DNA from: Roseateles sp. | Lineage (GTDB): Bacteria; Pseudomonadota; Gammaproteobacteria; Burkholderiales; Burkholderiaceae_C | Assembly: GCF_046300915.1 (NCBI RefSeq) | Contig: NZ_JBKCLH010000140.1 | Location: forward strand, 3,380-67,379 | Reading direction: 5' to 3' | DNA: 64,000 nt | Part shown: positions 37,291 to 46,451 of the stretch, piece after piece | Layout of the letters: every line of letters begins with the position of its first letter | Numbering within the stretch: position 1 is the first letter of the stretch | Program-made: the position numbers and the translations under genes | Notes under the pieces: model-generated | Databases searched by the model: none | What the model saw: the letters and a program-made list of their open reading frames with translations, nothing else | Told to the model about the DNA's origin: nothing

Positions 37291-38577
37291 TCAGTGGGCG
37301 GCGATGGCGGCCAGGCGTTCGCTGGCCGGCGGATGCGAGTAGTAAAAGCGCGCATACACCGGGTCCGGCGTCAGGGTGCCGGCATTGTCCTCGTGCAGCT
37401 TGAGCAGGGCCGAGGCCAGGTCGGCGCCGCTGGCCTGGGCGCAGGCATAGGCATCGGCCTGGAACTCGTCGCGGCGCGAGAGCAGGCTGCCCAGGGGCGT
37501 GAAGAAGAAGCCGAACACCGGCAGCACCAGCAGGAAGAGCAGCAGGGCCAGCGCGTCGTTGGGCAGGCGGCCGTCCAGATTGGGCTGCACGCCAAAACCC
37601 AGATAGAAGCCCGGCTGGGCCGAGAGCCAGCCCAGCAGGGCAAAGGCCGCCAGGCTCAGGGCGAACATGTTGAGCATGCGCTTGAGCACATGCTTGTGCT
37701 TGAAGTGGCCCAGCTCATGGGCCAGCACCGCCTCCACCTCGGCGCCGTTCAGGCGCGAAAGCAGGGTGTCAAAGAAGACCACGCGCTTGGCCGCGCCGAT
37801 GCCGGTGAAATAGGCATTGCCATGGGCCGAACGGCGGCTGCCGTCCATCACGAACAGGCCCTTGGCCGCAAAGCCGCAGCGCGCCATCAGGCCTTGCACC
37901 CGCTGCCGCAAGTTCTCGTCGGCCAGGGGTTCGAACTTGTTGAACAGGGGCGCGATCACCGTGGGATAGAGCACCAGGATCAGCAGATTGAAGCCCATCC
38001 AGGCGCCCCAGGCCCAGGCCCACCAGTAGGGGCCGGCCGCGCCCATCAGCCACAGGATCAGGGCGGCAATGGGTAGGCCGATCAGGGCGCCCACGGCCAG
38101 ACCCTTGAGCGCGTCGGCCAGGTAGAGCTTCCACGTCATGCGGTTGAAGCCGAAGCGCTGCTCGATGCGGAAGGTGCTGTAGAGCTCGAAGGGCAGGTCC
38201 AGCAGGCCACCGATCAGGGCGAAGGCCGCCAGCAGGCTCAGCTGATAAGCCATGGGCGACCAGCCCAGGCCGTGCAGGGCGCTGTTGAGCAGGTCCAGGC
38301 CGCCCAGCAGGGTCCAGCCCAGCAGCACGGCGGCATTGAAGGCCAGGCTCAGCAGGCCGAAGCGGGCGCGGGCCACGGTGTAGTCGGCCGCCTTCTGGTG
38401 GGCGGCCAGCGGCACGGTGGCGGCAAAGGCCGCGGGCACTGCGCCACGGTGGCGCATCACATGGCGCACCTGGCGGGCGTTGAGCCAGAACTTGGTCAAA
38501 AGGCTCAGCAGCAGGGCCGCGGCGAAGACATAGCTCAGGACGGTGGGATTCAGCACAAGAAAATTCGCGGACGGCAT
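37291..38577 (-). CDS. M48-family (Ste24/HtpX-like) membrane zinc metallopeptidase
   Basis: ATG at 38577. Multi-TM N-terminal half, HELGHFKH (HEXXH) motif, C-terminal SHPP. Confidence 0.85.
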   Translation of the reverse strand: MPSANFLVLNPTVLSYVFAAALLLSLLTKFWLNARQVRHVMRHRGAVPAAFAATVPLAAHQKAADYTVARARFGLLSLAFNAAVLLGWTLLGGLDLLNSALHGLGWSPMAYQLSLLAAFALIGGLLDLPFELYSTFRIEQRFGFNRMTWKLYLADALKGLAVGALIGLPIAALILWLMGAAGPYWWAWAWGAWMGFNLLILVLYPTVIAPLFNKFEPLADENLRQRVQGLMARCGFAAKGLFVMDGSRRSAHGNAYFTGIGAAKRVVFFDTLLSRLNGAEVEAVLAHELGHFKHKHVLKRMLNMFALSLAAFALLGWLSAQPGFYLGFGVQPNLDGRLPNDALALLLFLLVLPVFGFFFTPLGSLLSRRDEFQADAYACAQASGADLASALLKLHEDNAGTLTPDPVYARFYYSHPPASERLAAIAAH

Positions 38578-38642
38578 GGACGGGAGTGTAGGGCTGCGAC
38601 AATGCGCCGTCTGAAGACAAGGATTCAAAAGAGAGTCAAGCC

Positions 38643-39206
38643 ATGAGCGAGAACCCCCTGCTGGCCAGCAGCGACCAGAACCTGATCTGGATCGACCTGG
38701 AGATGACCGGCCTGTTCCCCGACCGCGACCGCATCATCGAGGTGGCCGTGGTGGTGACCGACCCGCATCTGACCGTGCGCGTCGAGGGTCCGGTGTTCGC
38801 CATCCACCAGAGCGATGCCACGCTGGACGCCATGGACAACTGGAACAAGGGCACGCACGGCAAGAGCGGCCTGATCGACCGCGTCAAGGCTTCCACCATC
38901 ACGGAGGAGCAGGCCAGCGCCCAGGTCATCGAGTTCCTCAAGGCTTATGTGCCCAAGGGCAAGTCGCCCATGTGCGGCAACAGCATCTGCCAGGACCGCC
39001 GCTTCCTGGCCAACTACATGCCCCAGCTGGAAGACTTCTTCCACTACCGCAACCTCGACGTCTCCACGCTCAAGGAACTGGCGCGGCGCTGGAAGCCCGG
39101 CATCATCGACGGCTTCAAGAAGGCCCAGAAGCACACCGCCCTGGCCGATATCCACGAGTCCATCGATGAGCTCGCCTACTACCGCGAGCACTTCCTGAGC
39201 CTCTGA
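38643..39206 (+). CDS. orn: Oligoribonuclease
   Basis: [11 protein letters not shown] DEDDh exonuclease motif, 187 aa, divergent from the rsgA operon as in many proteobacteria. Confidence 0.95.
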   Translation: MSENPLLASSDQNLIWIDLEMTGLFPDRDRIIEVAVVVTDPHLTVRVEGPVFAIHQSDATLDAMDNWNKGTHGKSGLIDRVKASTITEEQASAQVIEFLKAYVPKGKSPMCGNSICQDRRFLANYMPQLEDFFHYRNLDVSTLKELARRWKPGIIDGFKKAQKHTALADIHESIDELAYYREHFLSL

Positions 39207-39231
39207 TCCCTCACGGCCCGCTGTCCTGGCG

Positions 39232-41073
39232 ATGAGCAGTACCCGCCGCCCCGCAGCGCTCTGGGCGGCTTTCGACTTTCCCCGGCACCCGCTGTCTCGC
39301 GCGGAGGGCGCGGGCCTGCGCGGCGTTTTCTGCGCGCCACCCGCGCAGCGCCTGGGGGCGCACCCCGCGGCCGCGCTGCGGGGGGTTTTTGGGCCCCCCC
39401 TGGGGGCCGCGCGGGCCGGCGCCTGGGTGCTGGGTGGCCTGCGCTACGAGGCCGCCGCGGCCCTGGACCCGAGTCTGGAGACCGAGGCGCCTGACGGACC
39501 GCTGGCCGAGTTCCAGGTCTGGCAGGTCGAGCCCCAGGCCTGGCCCGAGGCCGAGCCGGCTCCGCAGCCTTTGTCGGACTGGCGCGATCTGGGCGAGCCC
39601 AGCGCCCAGACGGCCGCCATCGAGCGGGTGCGCGAGTGGATACGCGCGGGCGACTGCTACCAGGTCAATCTCACCACCCGGCTGCAGGCCGAGGCCGGGC
39701 TCGGCTTCGAGCTGGCCGCCTACTTCCTGGCCCTGCACGAGGCCCAGCCCGGCGGCTTTGCGCTCTTCATGCGCGGCGAGGGCGGGCAGGGCGGCGTGGC
39801 CAGCGTCTCGCCCGAGCTTTTCTTCGACTGGCGCCCGCTGCCGCAGAACGAGCACACCGGCCGCGGCGAGCCCGGCACCTGGCTGCTGGCCGCCCAGCCC
39901 ATGAAGGGCACGGCCCCGCGCGGCGCCGACCGGGCGGGCGACGAGGCCGCCCAGGCCCATCTGCGCACCAGCGAGAAGGAGCGGGCCGAGAACCTGATGA
40001 TCGTGGACCTGCTGCGCAACGACCTCTCGCGCGTGGCGCTGACCGGCTCGGTGCGGGTGCCGAGGCTCTTCGAGCTGCACGCCCTGTCCACCGTCTGGCA
40101 GATGACCTCCACCGTCACCGCGGTGAGCCGGCCGGGCTTGAGCCTGGCCCAGCTCTTCGCGGCGCTCTTTCCCTGCGGCTCGGTCACCGGCGCGCCCAAG
40201 CGCCGCGCCATGCAGATCATCCGCGAGCTGGAAGCCGCCGCGCCGCGCGGCTGGTACTGCGGCGCCCTGGGTCTGCTGCAGCCCGGCGGCACGGCCACCT
40301 TCAATGTGCCCATACGCACCGTGGAGCAGGGGCCGGACGGCGCGCTGCGCTGCGGCATCGGCTCGGGCATCACGCTCGATGCCGAACCCGCGCCCGAGCT
40401 GGCCGAGTGGCAGGCCAAGCGCCGTTTCCTGAGCCGCGCCGCGGCCCCGGTGGCGGCGCTCGAAACCCTGCGCCTGGAGCAGGGTACCTATGCGCGCCTG
40501 GAACTGCACCTGGCGCGCCTGCAGCGCTGCGCCCGCCATTTCGGCCTGCGCTGGTGCGGCGACTGCGTGCGGGCCTATCTGGACAAGCTGGCTCGCGAAC
40601 ATGGCGAGGGGCTGTGGCGCGTGCGCCTGACCCTCTCGCGCGCCGGCAGGCTGGACAGCCAGGTTCTGCCCCTGGCCCCCACGCCCGAGCCGGTGCACCT
40701 GGCCCTGGCGCCGCGTCCCATCGCCAGCCAGGGCGCGGCGGCCGAATTCATCCAGCACAAGACCACCCGGCGTGAGCTCTACGAGGCCCTGGCCGCGGAC
40801 AAGCCGGCGCAAGCCTTCGACCTCATCCTCTGGAACGAGGCCGGCGAGCTGACCGAGGGCAGCTTCGGCAATATCGCCCTTGAAATCGAGGGCCAGTGGC
40901 TCACGCCGCGCGCCCAGGCGGGCCTGCTGCCGGGCGTGATGCGTGAGCAGCTGCTGGCCGAGGGCCGCATCCGCGAAGCCCACCTGAGCCGCGAGGACCT
41001 GGCCCGCGCCAGCCGGCTCGCCTTCTTCAACAGCCTGCGCGGCTTGCTGGACGCCGAACTCCTGCCCCGCTGA
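39232..41073 (+). CDS. pabB: Aminodeoxychorismate synthase component I fused to an aminodeoxychorismate-lyase-like (class IV aminotransferase fold) domain
   Basis: Chorismate-binding motifs (PMKGTAPRG, ENLMIVDLLRND, CGSVTGAPK, GIGSGIT). The C-terminal about 190 aa are PabC/IlvE-fold-like (FIQHKTT, LILWNEAGELTEGSFGNI). Confidence 0.82.
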   Translation: MSSTRRPAALWAAFDFPRHPLSRAEGAGLRGVFCAPPAQRLGAHPAAALRGVFGPPLGAARAGAWVLGGLRYEAAAALDPSLETEAPDGPLAEFQVWQVEPQAWPEAEPAPQPLSDWRDLGEPSAQTAAIERVREWIRAGDCYQVNLTTRLQAEAGLGFELAAYFLALHEAQPGGFALFMRGEGGQGGVASVSPELFFDWRPLPQNEHTGRGEPGTWLLAAQPMKGTAPRGADRAGDEAAQAHLRTSEKERAENLMIVDLLRNDLSRVALTGSVRVPRLFELHALSTVWQMTSTVTAVSRPGLSLAQLFAALFPCGSVTGAPKRRAMQIIRELEAAAPRGWYCGALGLLQPGGTATFNVPIRTVEQGPDGALRCGIGSGITLDAEPAPELAEWQAKRRFLSRAAAPVAALETLRLEQGTYARLELHLARLQRCARHFGLRWCGDCVRAYLDKLAREHGEGLWRVRLTLSRAGRLDSQVLPLAPTPEPVHLALAPRPIASQGAAAEFIQHKTTRRELYEALAADKPAQAFDLILWNEAGELTEGSFGNIALEIEGQWLTPRAQAGLLPGVMREQLLAEGRIREAHLSREDLARASRLAFFNSLRGLLDAELLPR

Positions 41074-41141
41074 GGCCGCGCACCAGACACCCCATTTCCA
41101 GCGGCGCCGGCCCCGGCCGACGCCGCCCACCCCGACACATC

Positions 41142-43529
41142 ATGAGCACCACCAGCAAGAAGACTGCCCCCAAGACACCGACGAAAGCGGCGACGAAAGC
41201 GCCGACAAAGGCCGTGTCGAAAGCGCCGGCAAAGACCGCGTCGAAAGCGCCCGCCAAGAAGGCTGCGGCCCCGAGCCCGGCCGCCAAGCGCAGCCGCAAG
41301 CCGGCCGAGCCCGTTGTCGAGATCGTGGCGGAAGTCCAGATCGAGACTCCGGTCCAGCCTGTGGCCGAGCCGGCTGCGGTGCCGGCCACCGAGAGCAAGA
41401 AGAAAGCCCCGGCCCGCAAGCGTGCCAGCAAGCCGGCTGAAGCGGTGGCTGAGCCTGTGGCCGAGCTCGTGATCGAGCCCGCATCGGAAGTCGCGCCCGA
41501 ACCCGAACCCGAACCCACTCCCGCCAAGCGTGCCAGCAGCGCCCGCCGCAAGAAGGCGGCCGAGCCGGCCGCTGAGGCGCCGGCTATCGAGCAAGCTGAA
41601 GCGCCGGTCGACATGTCTGTCGAGGCGCCCAAGAAGCCCGCCCGCAAAAAGCCCGGCAAGCCCAAGGCCGCCGAGGTCCAGCCCGAGCTGCCGGCCGAGC
41701 CGCCGCGCTACAGCCTGGCCCCGCGCGAGGACGACAGCAGCGTATTCGGTGACTACGAGCTGCTGGACCGCGAGACCGGCGCCATGATGCGCCTGAGCCT
41801 GATGGGCTCCCTGGCCTGGCGCTGCGACTGCGCCGCCCACCGCTTGCAGGCCGACTGCGAGCATGGCGAGGCTTTGCTGAGCCTGCTGCCCCTGGAGCGC
41901 GTGGCCCAGCTGGACGCCGGCTGGCCGGCCCGCGAGGCCGAGGTCTGGCTGGTGGAGCAGGACGGCCAGCGCTGGCTGCAATGGGTGGCCGGCCAGGGCG
42001 TGCCCGCGGCCGTGAGCGAGCTGGCCCGCCAGGGTCTCAACGAACTGCTGCGCCTGCCCGCCGAGCGCGCGCATGCCTGGCTGCAGGCAGTGCTGGACGC
42101 AGCTCGCGCCCAGGGCTTGCCGCTGCGGGTGGAGCCGGCGGTCTGGCCCCAGCTGGCCTGGGCGCGCGACGCCCAGGGCCGCGTGGCCCGCCTGGAGCCC
42201 TTGCTGGCTGAGCCCACGGGCCTGAGCGGCCTGCTCAAGGAAGCCATTCCCGCCTATCAGTGGGAGGCGGCCCTGTTTGCCGTCTGCGCCGGTCGCGCCA
42301 TGCTGGCCGATGACCTGGGCCTGGGCCAGCGCGAGGCCGCGCTGGCGGCCCTGCGCCGGTGGCAGCAGCGCTTCGGCCTGGAGCGTGCCCTGCTGATCGC
42401 CCCGGCCGCCAGCCATGCGGCCTGGCGCCGTGATCTGGAGCGCCTGCTGGGCGAGGCCCCGGCCGGCCTGGTGCTGGCCGAGAGCGTGCCGGCCCAGGCC
42501 CTGAACGGCCGCCAGCGCCCCGAGCTGTTGATCGTGGATGGTGTGGACCAGCTGGACGCCGAACAGCTGGCTACGCTGCGTGAGTTGAGCCTGCCCCATC
42601 TGCTGCTGATCGCGGCGCGCGAGCCCCTGGGCGACGAGCGCCTGACGGCCTGGGTGGACTGGCTGGACGATGCCCGCCGCGGCCCGCTGGCGGTCCTGCG
42701 CGCCCTGGCACCCGAAGCCGGCAAGCGCGCCCAGCGCGAGGCGCTGGAAAGCGTGCTGCTCTCGCGCCGCAAGCGCGAGCTGCAGGCCCATCAGCTGCCG
42801 GCCGCCCTGGTGCAGCAGCGCTGGCTGCAGCCCGGTGGCGCGCCGCAGGCCGGCGGCCCGCTGCCCCAGCTGCGCGCCCTGGTGGCGCGCTGGCAGCAGC
42901 TGAACTACCTCGGCGCCGAGGAGCAGCGCCAGCTGCTGCAGGCCCTGAGCCTGCTGCCGGCCGGCTCGCGCCATGTGCTCAGCGCCAAGGTCGAGGCCTT
43001 GCTGGCCCTCAAGCAGGAATGGCTGGAAGGGCAGGGCGCCGCGGCGGCCCGGCTGCTGGTCTGCGCCCAGTCCGAGACCCTGCTGGACAGCCTGGCCCAG
43101 GCCCTGAAGGTACGCAAGCTGCTGGTGCAGCGTCTGCGCCAGGGCCAGAGTCCCGAGGAACAGGCCGCCAGCCTGCAGGCCTGGCGCGCCGAGCCGGCCG
43201 CCGTGCTGCTGGCCAGCGATGCGGCCCTGGTCGCCCAGGCCTCGGGCGAAGTCCTGGGTGAGGCCCGTCTGGGACTGGTCCATGCCGATCTGCCCTGGGG
43301 GATGGGTCTGCTGCAGCAGCGCCTGGCCCTGGCCTGCGGCCCCGAGCCGCGCGGCGTGCCGGTGGCCCAGCTGCTGGTGGAGGGTCCGGTGGACCGCGCC
43401 CTGCTGGTCCAGCAGCGCAGCGGCATGGCCTTCCCGGACTGGCTGGATCAGCAGATGCCGACCTGGCTGGACGAGCCGCAGCTGGCCGCGCTGATGCCGC
43501 CGCTGCAGGCCCTGCTGAGCGCGCTCTAA
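41142..43529 (+). CDS. SWIM zinc-finger / SNF2-like protein with Lys/Ala/Pro-rich histone-H1-like N-terminal tail; ATPase motifs degenerate
   Basis: N-terminus is KAATKAPTKAVSKAPAKTASKAPAKK... SWIM CxC...CxH at 41823-41864 (WRCDCAAHRLQADCEH). SNF2_N/Helicase_C-like layout, but GLGKT reads GLGQR (42318-42332) and DEAH reads DGVD (42537-42548). Confidence 0.72.
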   Translation: MSTTSKKTAPKTPTKAATKAPTKAVSKAPAKTASKAPAKKAAAPSPAAKRSRKPAEPVVEIVAEVQIETPVQPVAEPAAVPATESKKKAPARKRASKPAEAVAEPVAELVIEPASEVAPEPEPEPTPAKRASSARRKKAAEPAAEAPAIEQAEAPVDMSVEAPKKPARKKPGKPKAAEVQPELPAEPPRYSLAPREDDSSVFGDYELLDRETGAMMRLSLMGSLAWRCDCAAHRLQADCEHGEALLSLLPLERVAQLDAGWPAREAEVWLVEQDGQRWLQWVAGQGVPAAVSELARQGLNELLRLPAERAHAWLQAVLDAARAQGLPLRVEPAVWPQLAWARDAQGRVARLEPLLAEPTGLSGLLKEAIPAYQWEAALFAVCAGRAMLADDLGLGQREAALAALRRWQQRFGLERALLIAPAASHAAWRRDLERLLGEAPAGLVLAESVPAQALNGRQRPELLIVDGVDQLDAEQLATLRELSLPHLLLIAAREPLGDERLTAWVDWLDDARRGPLAVLRALAPEAGKRAQREALESVLLSRRKRELQAHQLPAALVQQRWLQPGGAPQAGGPLPQLRALVARWQQLNYLGAEEQRQLLQALSLLPAGSRHVLSAKVEALLALKQEWLEGQGAAAARLLVCAQSETLLDSLAQALKVRKLLVQRLRQGQSPEEQAASLQAWRAEPAAVLLASDAALVAQASGEVLGEARLGLVHADLPWGMGLLQQRLALACGPEPRGVPVAQLLVEGPVDRALLVQQRSGMAFPDWLDQQMPTWLDEPQLAALMPPLQALLSAL

Positions 43530-43621
43530 AACCGGCGTGCGCCCCGCGCGCCAACCCTGCCCTGGGGCTTCACGGCCCCGGGGTGAGTCCTTGGCGACGC
43601 AAAGAATGCTTGCGAAGGGGC

Positions 43622-43651
43622 TTGCTGGTGAAAACCCTAGCGTGCTACACT
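43622..43651 (+). promoter_or_regulatory. Candidate sigma70-type promoter for the DEAD-box helicase gene
   Basis: TTGCTG (43622-43627), 18 nt spacer, TACACT (43646-43651). This would give a leader of about 320 nt. Confidence 0.3.
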
Positions 43652-43978
43652 GCGCGGCTTGCTTCGACAGAGATCGGAGCAATTCGTACGTCTCCTCTGA
43701 CCACTTTCAGGCCGACGCACCCGCCGCAGCGCTGCTGCACGCGGGCCGAAGCGCTCAGCACTGAAGACCCCCGGGTACGGTCGGCGGCGATGCCGTCGCT
43801 TTGACTGTTCCCCGGCGCCGCACCAAGCGCACTCACGCAGCTGAGATCTGGTGTGCGACGCGAGCTTTCTCCCAGCGACTTGACCCTACTGGTCGGCCTT
43901 TGATTTGTGGCCTGACCAGCGCCCTCCTATGTCCGGCTGTGTCCGGCGGGGCAGGGCTTTGTTGACGAAAGAAGTGAT

Positions 43979-45715
43979 ATGAGTTTCGAGAATCTGGGCC
44001 TGCACGAATCCCTGCTGCGCGCCGTCAAGGACTCCGGCTATGAGAACGCCACGGAAGTCCAGGCCGAGGCCATTCCGCGCGCCCTGGCGGGCAAGGACCT
44101 GATGGTCAGCTCGCGCACCGGCTCGGGCAAGACCGCCTCCTTCATCCTGCCCGCCCTGCAAAAGGTGCTGGAAGCCCGCGGCAACAACGGCCAGGGTTTC
44201 CCCAAGCGCGAGAAGGGCAAGATCTATGGCCCGCGCGTGCTGGTGCTGGCGCCCACCCGCGAGCTGGCCATGCAGGTCTCCAAGGCCGCTCAGACCTATG
44301 GCCGCCACATCCAGGGCCTGAAGGTCGCCACCGTGCTGGGCGGCATGCCCTACGCCCTGCAGATCCGTCAGCTGACCGGCCCGCTGGACATCCTGATCGC
44401 CACCCCCGGCCGTCTGCTGGACCATCTGTCTTCGGGCAAGTGCGTGCTGGAGAACGTCGAGATGCTGGTGCTGGACGAGGCCGACCGCATGCTGGACATG
44501 GGCTTCATCGATGACATCAAGCTGGTGGCCGAGGCCACGCCGGCCAAGCGCCAGACCGTGATGTTCAGCGCCACCTTCGCCGGTCATGTGGGCCGTCTGG
44601 CGCATGACCTGCTCAACGAGCCCGAGCGTGTGGACGTGGCCTCGCACACCGAGACCCACGAGAACATCGAGCAGCGCCTGCACTGGGCCGACAACAACAA
44701 CCACCGCGACCAGCTGCTGGAGCACATCCTGGCCGAGCGTGATCTGGACCAGGCCGTGGTCTTCACCTCCACCCAGCGCGATGCTGACTGGCTGGCCGAG
44801 CGCCTCTCGGAGATCGGCCATGCCGTGGCCCCGCTGCACGGCGGCATGCCCCAAGGCCGCCGCAACCGCACCCTGATGGCCCTGCGCCGTCGCGAGCTGC
44901 GCGTGCTGGTGGCCACCGATGTGGCGGCCCGTGGCATTGACGTGCCCACGATCAGCCATGTGATCAACTACGGCCTGCCCATGAAGGCCGAGGACTATGT
45001 GCACCGCATCGGCCGTACCGGCCGCGCCGGTCGCTCCGGCCTGGCCGTGACGATTGCCGTGCGTGACGATGTGTCCATGATCCGCCGCATCCAGCAGTTC
45101 ACCACCCAGCAGATCCCGGTCTCGCGCATCGAGGGCCTGGAGCCCAAGACGCAAGAGCCGCGCATCTTCCCGCCCCGCCCCGAGGGCGAGCGCGGCGGCC
45201 GTTTCGGCGACCGTTTCGGTGAGCGCCAGCCCGGTTTCGCCTTCAAGGGCGACAAGCGCTTCGGCAGCAAGCCCTTCCAGCGTGAAGGTGGCGGCAAGCC
45301 CTTTCACGGCGGTGGCAAGCCTTTCGGCCGCCCCGCCGGTGAAGGCGCCCCGCGTGACTTCGCCCCGCGTGGCGAGGGCCGTGGTTTCGAGCCGCGCCAG
45401 CAAGGCTTCAACGACCGCAAGCCCTTTGACCGCAGCGCCGGTGGTGAGCGTGGTTTTGAGAACCGCGGCTTCGAGAACCGTGGTTTCGCCCCGCGTGGCG
45501 ACCGCCCCGGTTTCGGCGAAGGCAAGCCCAGCTTTGGTGGCAAGCCTTCCTTCGGTGGCAAGCCGTCCTTCCACGGCAACCGTGAAGGCGGCAATGTCGG
45601 CGGCGGCGAAGGTCGCGGCTTTGGCGGTGGCGAGCGCCGCGGCCCCGGCGGCCCTGGTGCCAAGCGCAATGGCCCGCCGGCCGGCGGCCCGCGCCGCGGC
45701 GGCTTCGGCCGCTGA
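43979..45715 (+). CDS. rhlE: DEAD-box ATP-dependent RNA helicase with long RGG/FG-rich C-terminal tail
   Basis: Motif I SRTGSGKTA, plus DEAD, SAT and HRIGRTGRAG. C-terminal about 200 aa are low-complexity (GKPSFG x3, RGFEN x2). Confidence 0.93.
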   Translation: MSFENLGLHESLLRAVKDSGYENATEVQAEAIPRALAGKDLMVSSRTGSGKTASFILPALQKVLEARGNNGQGFPKREKGKIYGPRVLVLAPTRELAMQVSKAAQTYGRHIQGLKVATVLGGMPYALQIRQLTGPLDILIATPGRLLDHLSSGKCVLENVEMLVLDEADRMLDMGFIDDIKLVAEATPAKRQTVMFSATFAGHVGRLAHDLLNEPERVDVASHTETHENIEQRLHWADNNNHRDQLLEHILAERDLDQAVVFTSTQRDADWLAERLSEIGHAVAPLHGGMPQGRRNRTLMALRRRELRVLVATDVAARGIDVPTISHVINYGLPMKAEDYVHRIGRTGRAGRSGLAVTIAVRDDVSMIRRIQQFTTQQIPVSRIEGLEPKTQEPRIFPPRPEGERGGRFGDRFGERQPGFAFKGDKRFGSKPFQREGGGKPFHGGGKPFGRPAGEGAPRDFAPRGEGRGFEPRQQGFNDRKPFDRSAGGERGFENRGFENRGFAPRGDRPGFGEGKPSFGGKPSFGGKPSFHGNREGGNVGGGEGRGFGGGERRGPGGPGAKRNGPPAGGPRRGGFGR

Positions 45716-45753
45716 TCGGCCCTGAACCCGCTGCACCGGGTCTGAGCCTCGCA

Positions 45754-45782
45754 AGGCCCGCGCAAGCGGGCCTTTTCTTTTT
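45754..45782 (+). terminator. Rho-independent terminator after the helicase gene
   Basis: AGGCCCGC-GCAA-GCGGGCCT followed by TTTTCTTTTT. Confidence 0.75.
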
Positions 45783-45805
45783 CCTGTGGCACAGTGCGGC
45801 CCGCG

Positions 45806-46450
45806 ATGACAAGGCGACAGCAAGGTACTCTGATCCAGTGGGACGCCGCCAAAGGCTATGGCTTTATCGCGCCCGAAGCGGGCGGCCCCAAGCTCTTCGT
45901 GCATGCCAAGGCTTTCGGCCTGAGGCCGCACCGCCCCTTTGTGGGCGAGCGCCTGAGCTATGAGGCCGGGCAGGACGCCCAGGGCAAGCCGCGTGCCCAG
46001 GCCGTGCGCAGCCTGGAGCCGCGCCGCCCGGCCGAGCCGCCGCCCGCGGTGCAGCGCCGGGCCCGGCGCCAGGAGGCACTGCGCGGCAGCAGCCTCTGGC
46101 TGATCCCGGGCTTCGCCCTGCTGGTGCTGGTGGTGCATCTGGGTTTCGGCCTGCCGCACTGGCTGTGGGGCGGCTATCTGGCCATGAGCCTGGCCACCTT
46201 CATCGTCTATGCCGGCGACAAGCGCGCCGCGCGCTTGCAGCAGTGGCGGGTGTCCGAGGCTACCTTGCACGCCCTGGCTCTTGCCTGTGGCTGGCCCGGC
46301 GCCCTGCTGGCCCAGCAGCTGCTGCGCCACAAGAGCGCCAAGGCCTCGTTTCGCCGCCTGTTCTGGCTCAGCGTGATGCTCAATGTGCTGGGCTTTGTGC
46401 TGATCTTCACCCCGCTGGGCAGCAAGCTGCTCCACGCCTATGTGCTCTGA
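45806..46450 (+). CDS. Cold-shock-domain protein fused to DUF1294 membrane domain
   Basis: ATG at 45806. N-terminus GTLIQWDAAKGYGFI is a CSD RNP-1-like motif. C-terminal TM region has the YAGDKRAA...WRVSE pattern of DUF1294. Confidence 0.8.
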   Translation: MTRRQQGTLIQWDAAKGYGFIAPEAGGPKLFVHAKAFGLRPHRPFVGERLSYEAGQDAQGKPRAQAVRSLEPRRPAEPPPAVQRRARRQEALRGSSLWLIPGFALLVLVVHLGFGLPHWLWGGYLAMSLATFIVYAGDKRAARLQQWRVSEATLHALALACGWPGALLAQQLLRHKSAKASFRRLFWLSVMLNVLGFVLIFTPLGSKLLHAYVL

Positions 46451-46451
46451 G

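Noticed and set aside
40779-43682. 967-aa ORF on the - strand
   Set aside because: It is antisense to the SWIM/SNF2-like gene and the end of pabB. It has no recognisable domains and an artefact-like composition. The + strand frame has a SWIM finger and the codon bias expected for coding.
43886-46435. 849-aa ORF on the - strand
   Set aside because: It is antisense to the DEAD-box helicase and the CSD/DUF1294 gene, both of which have canonical motifs on the + strand.
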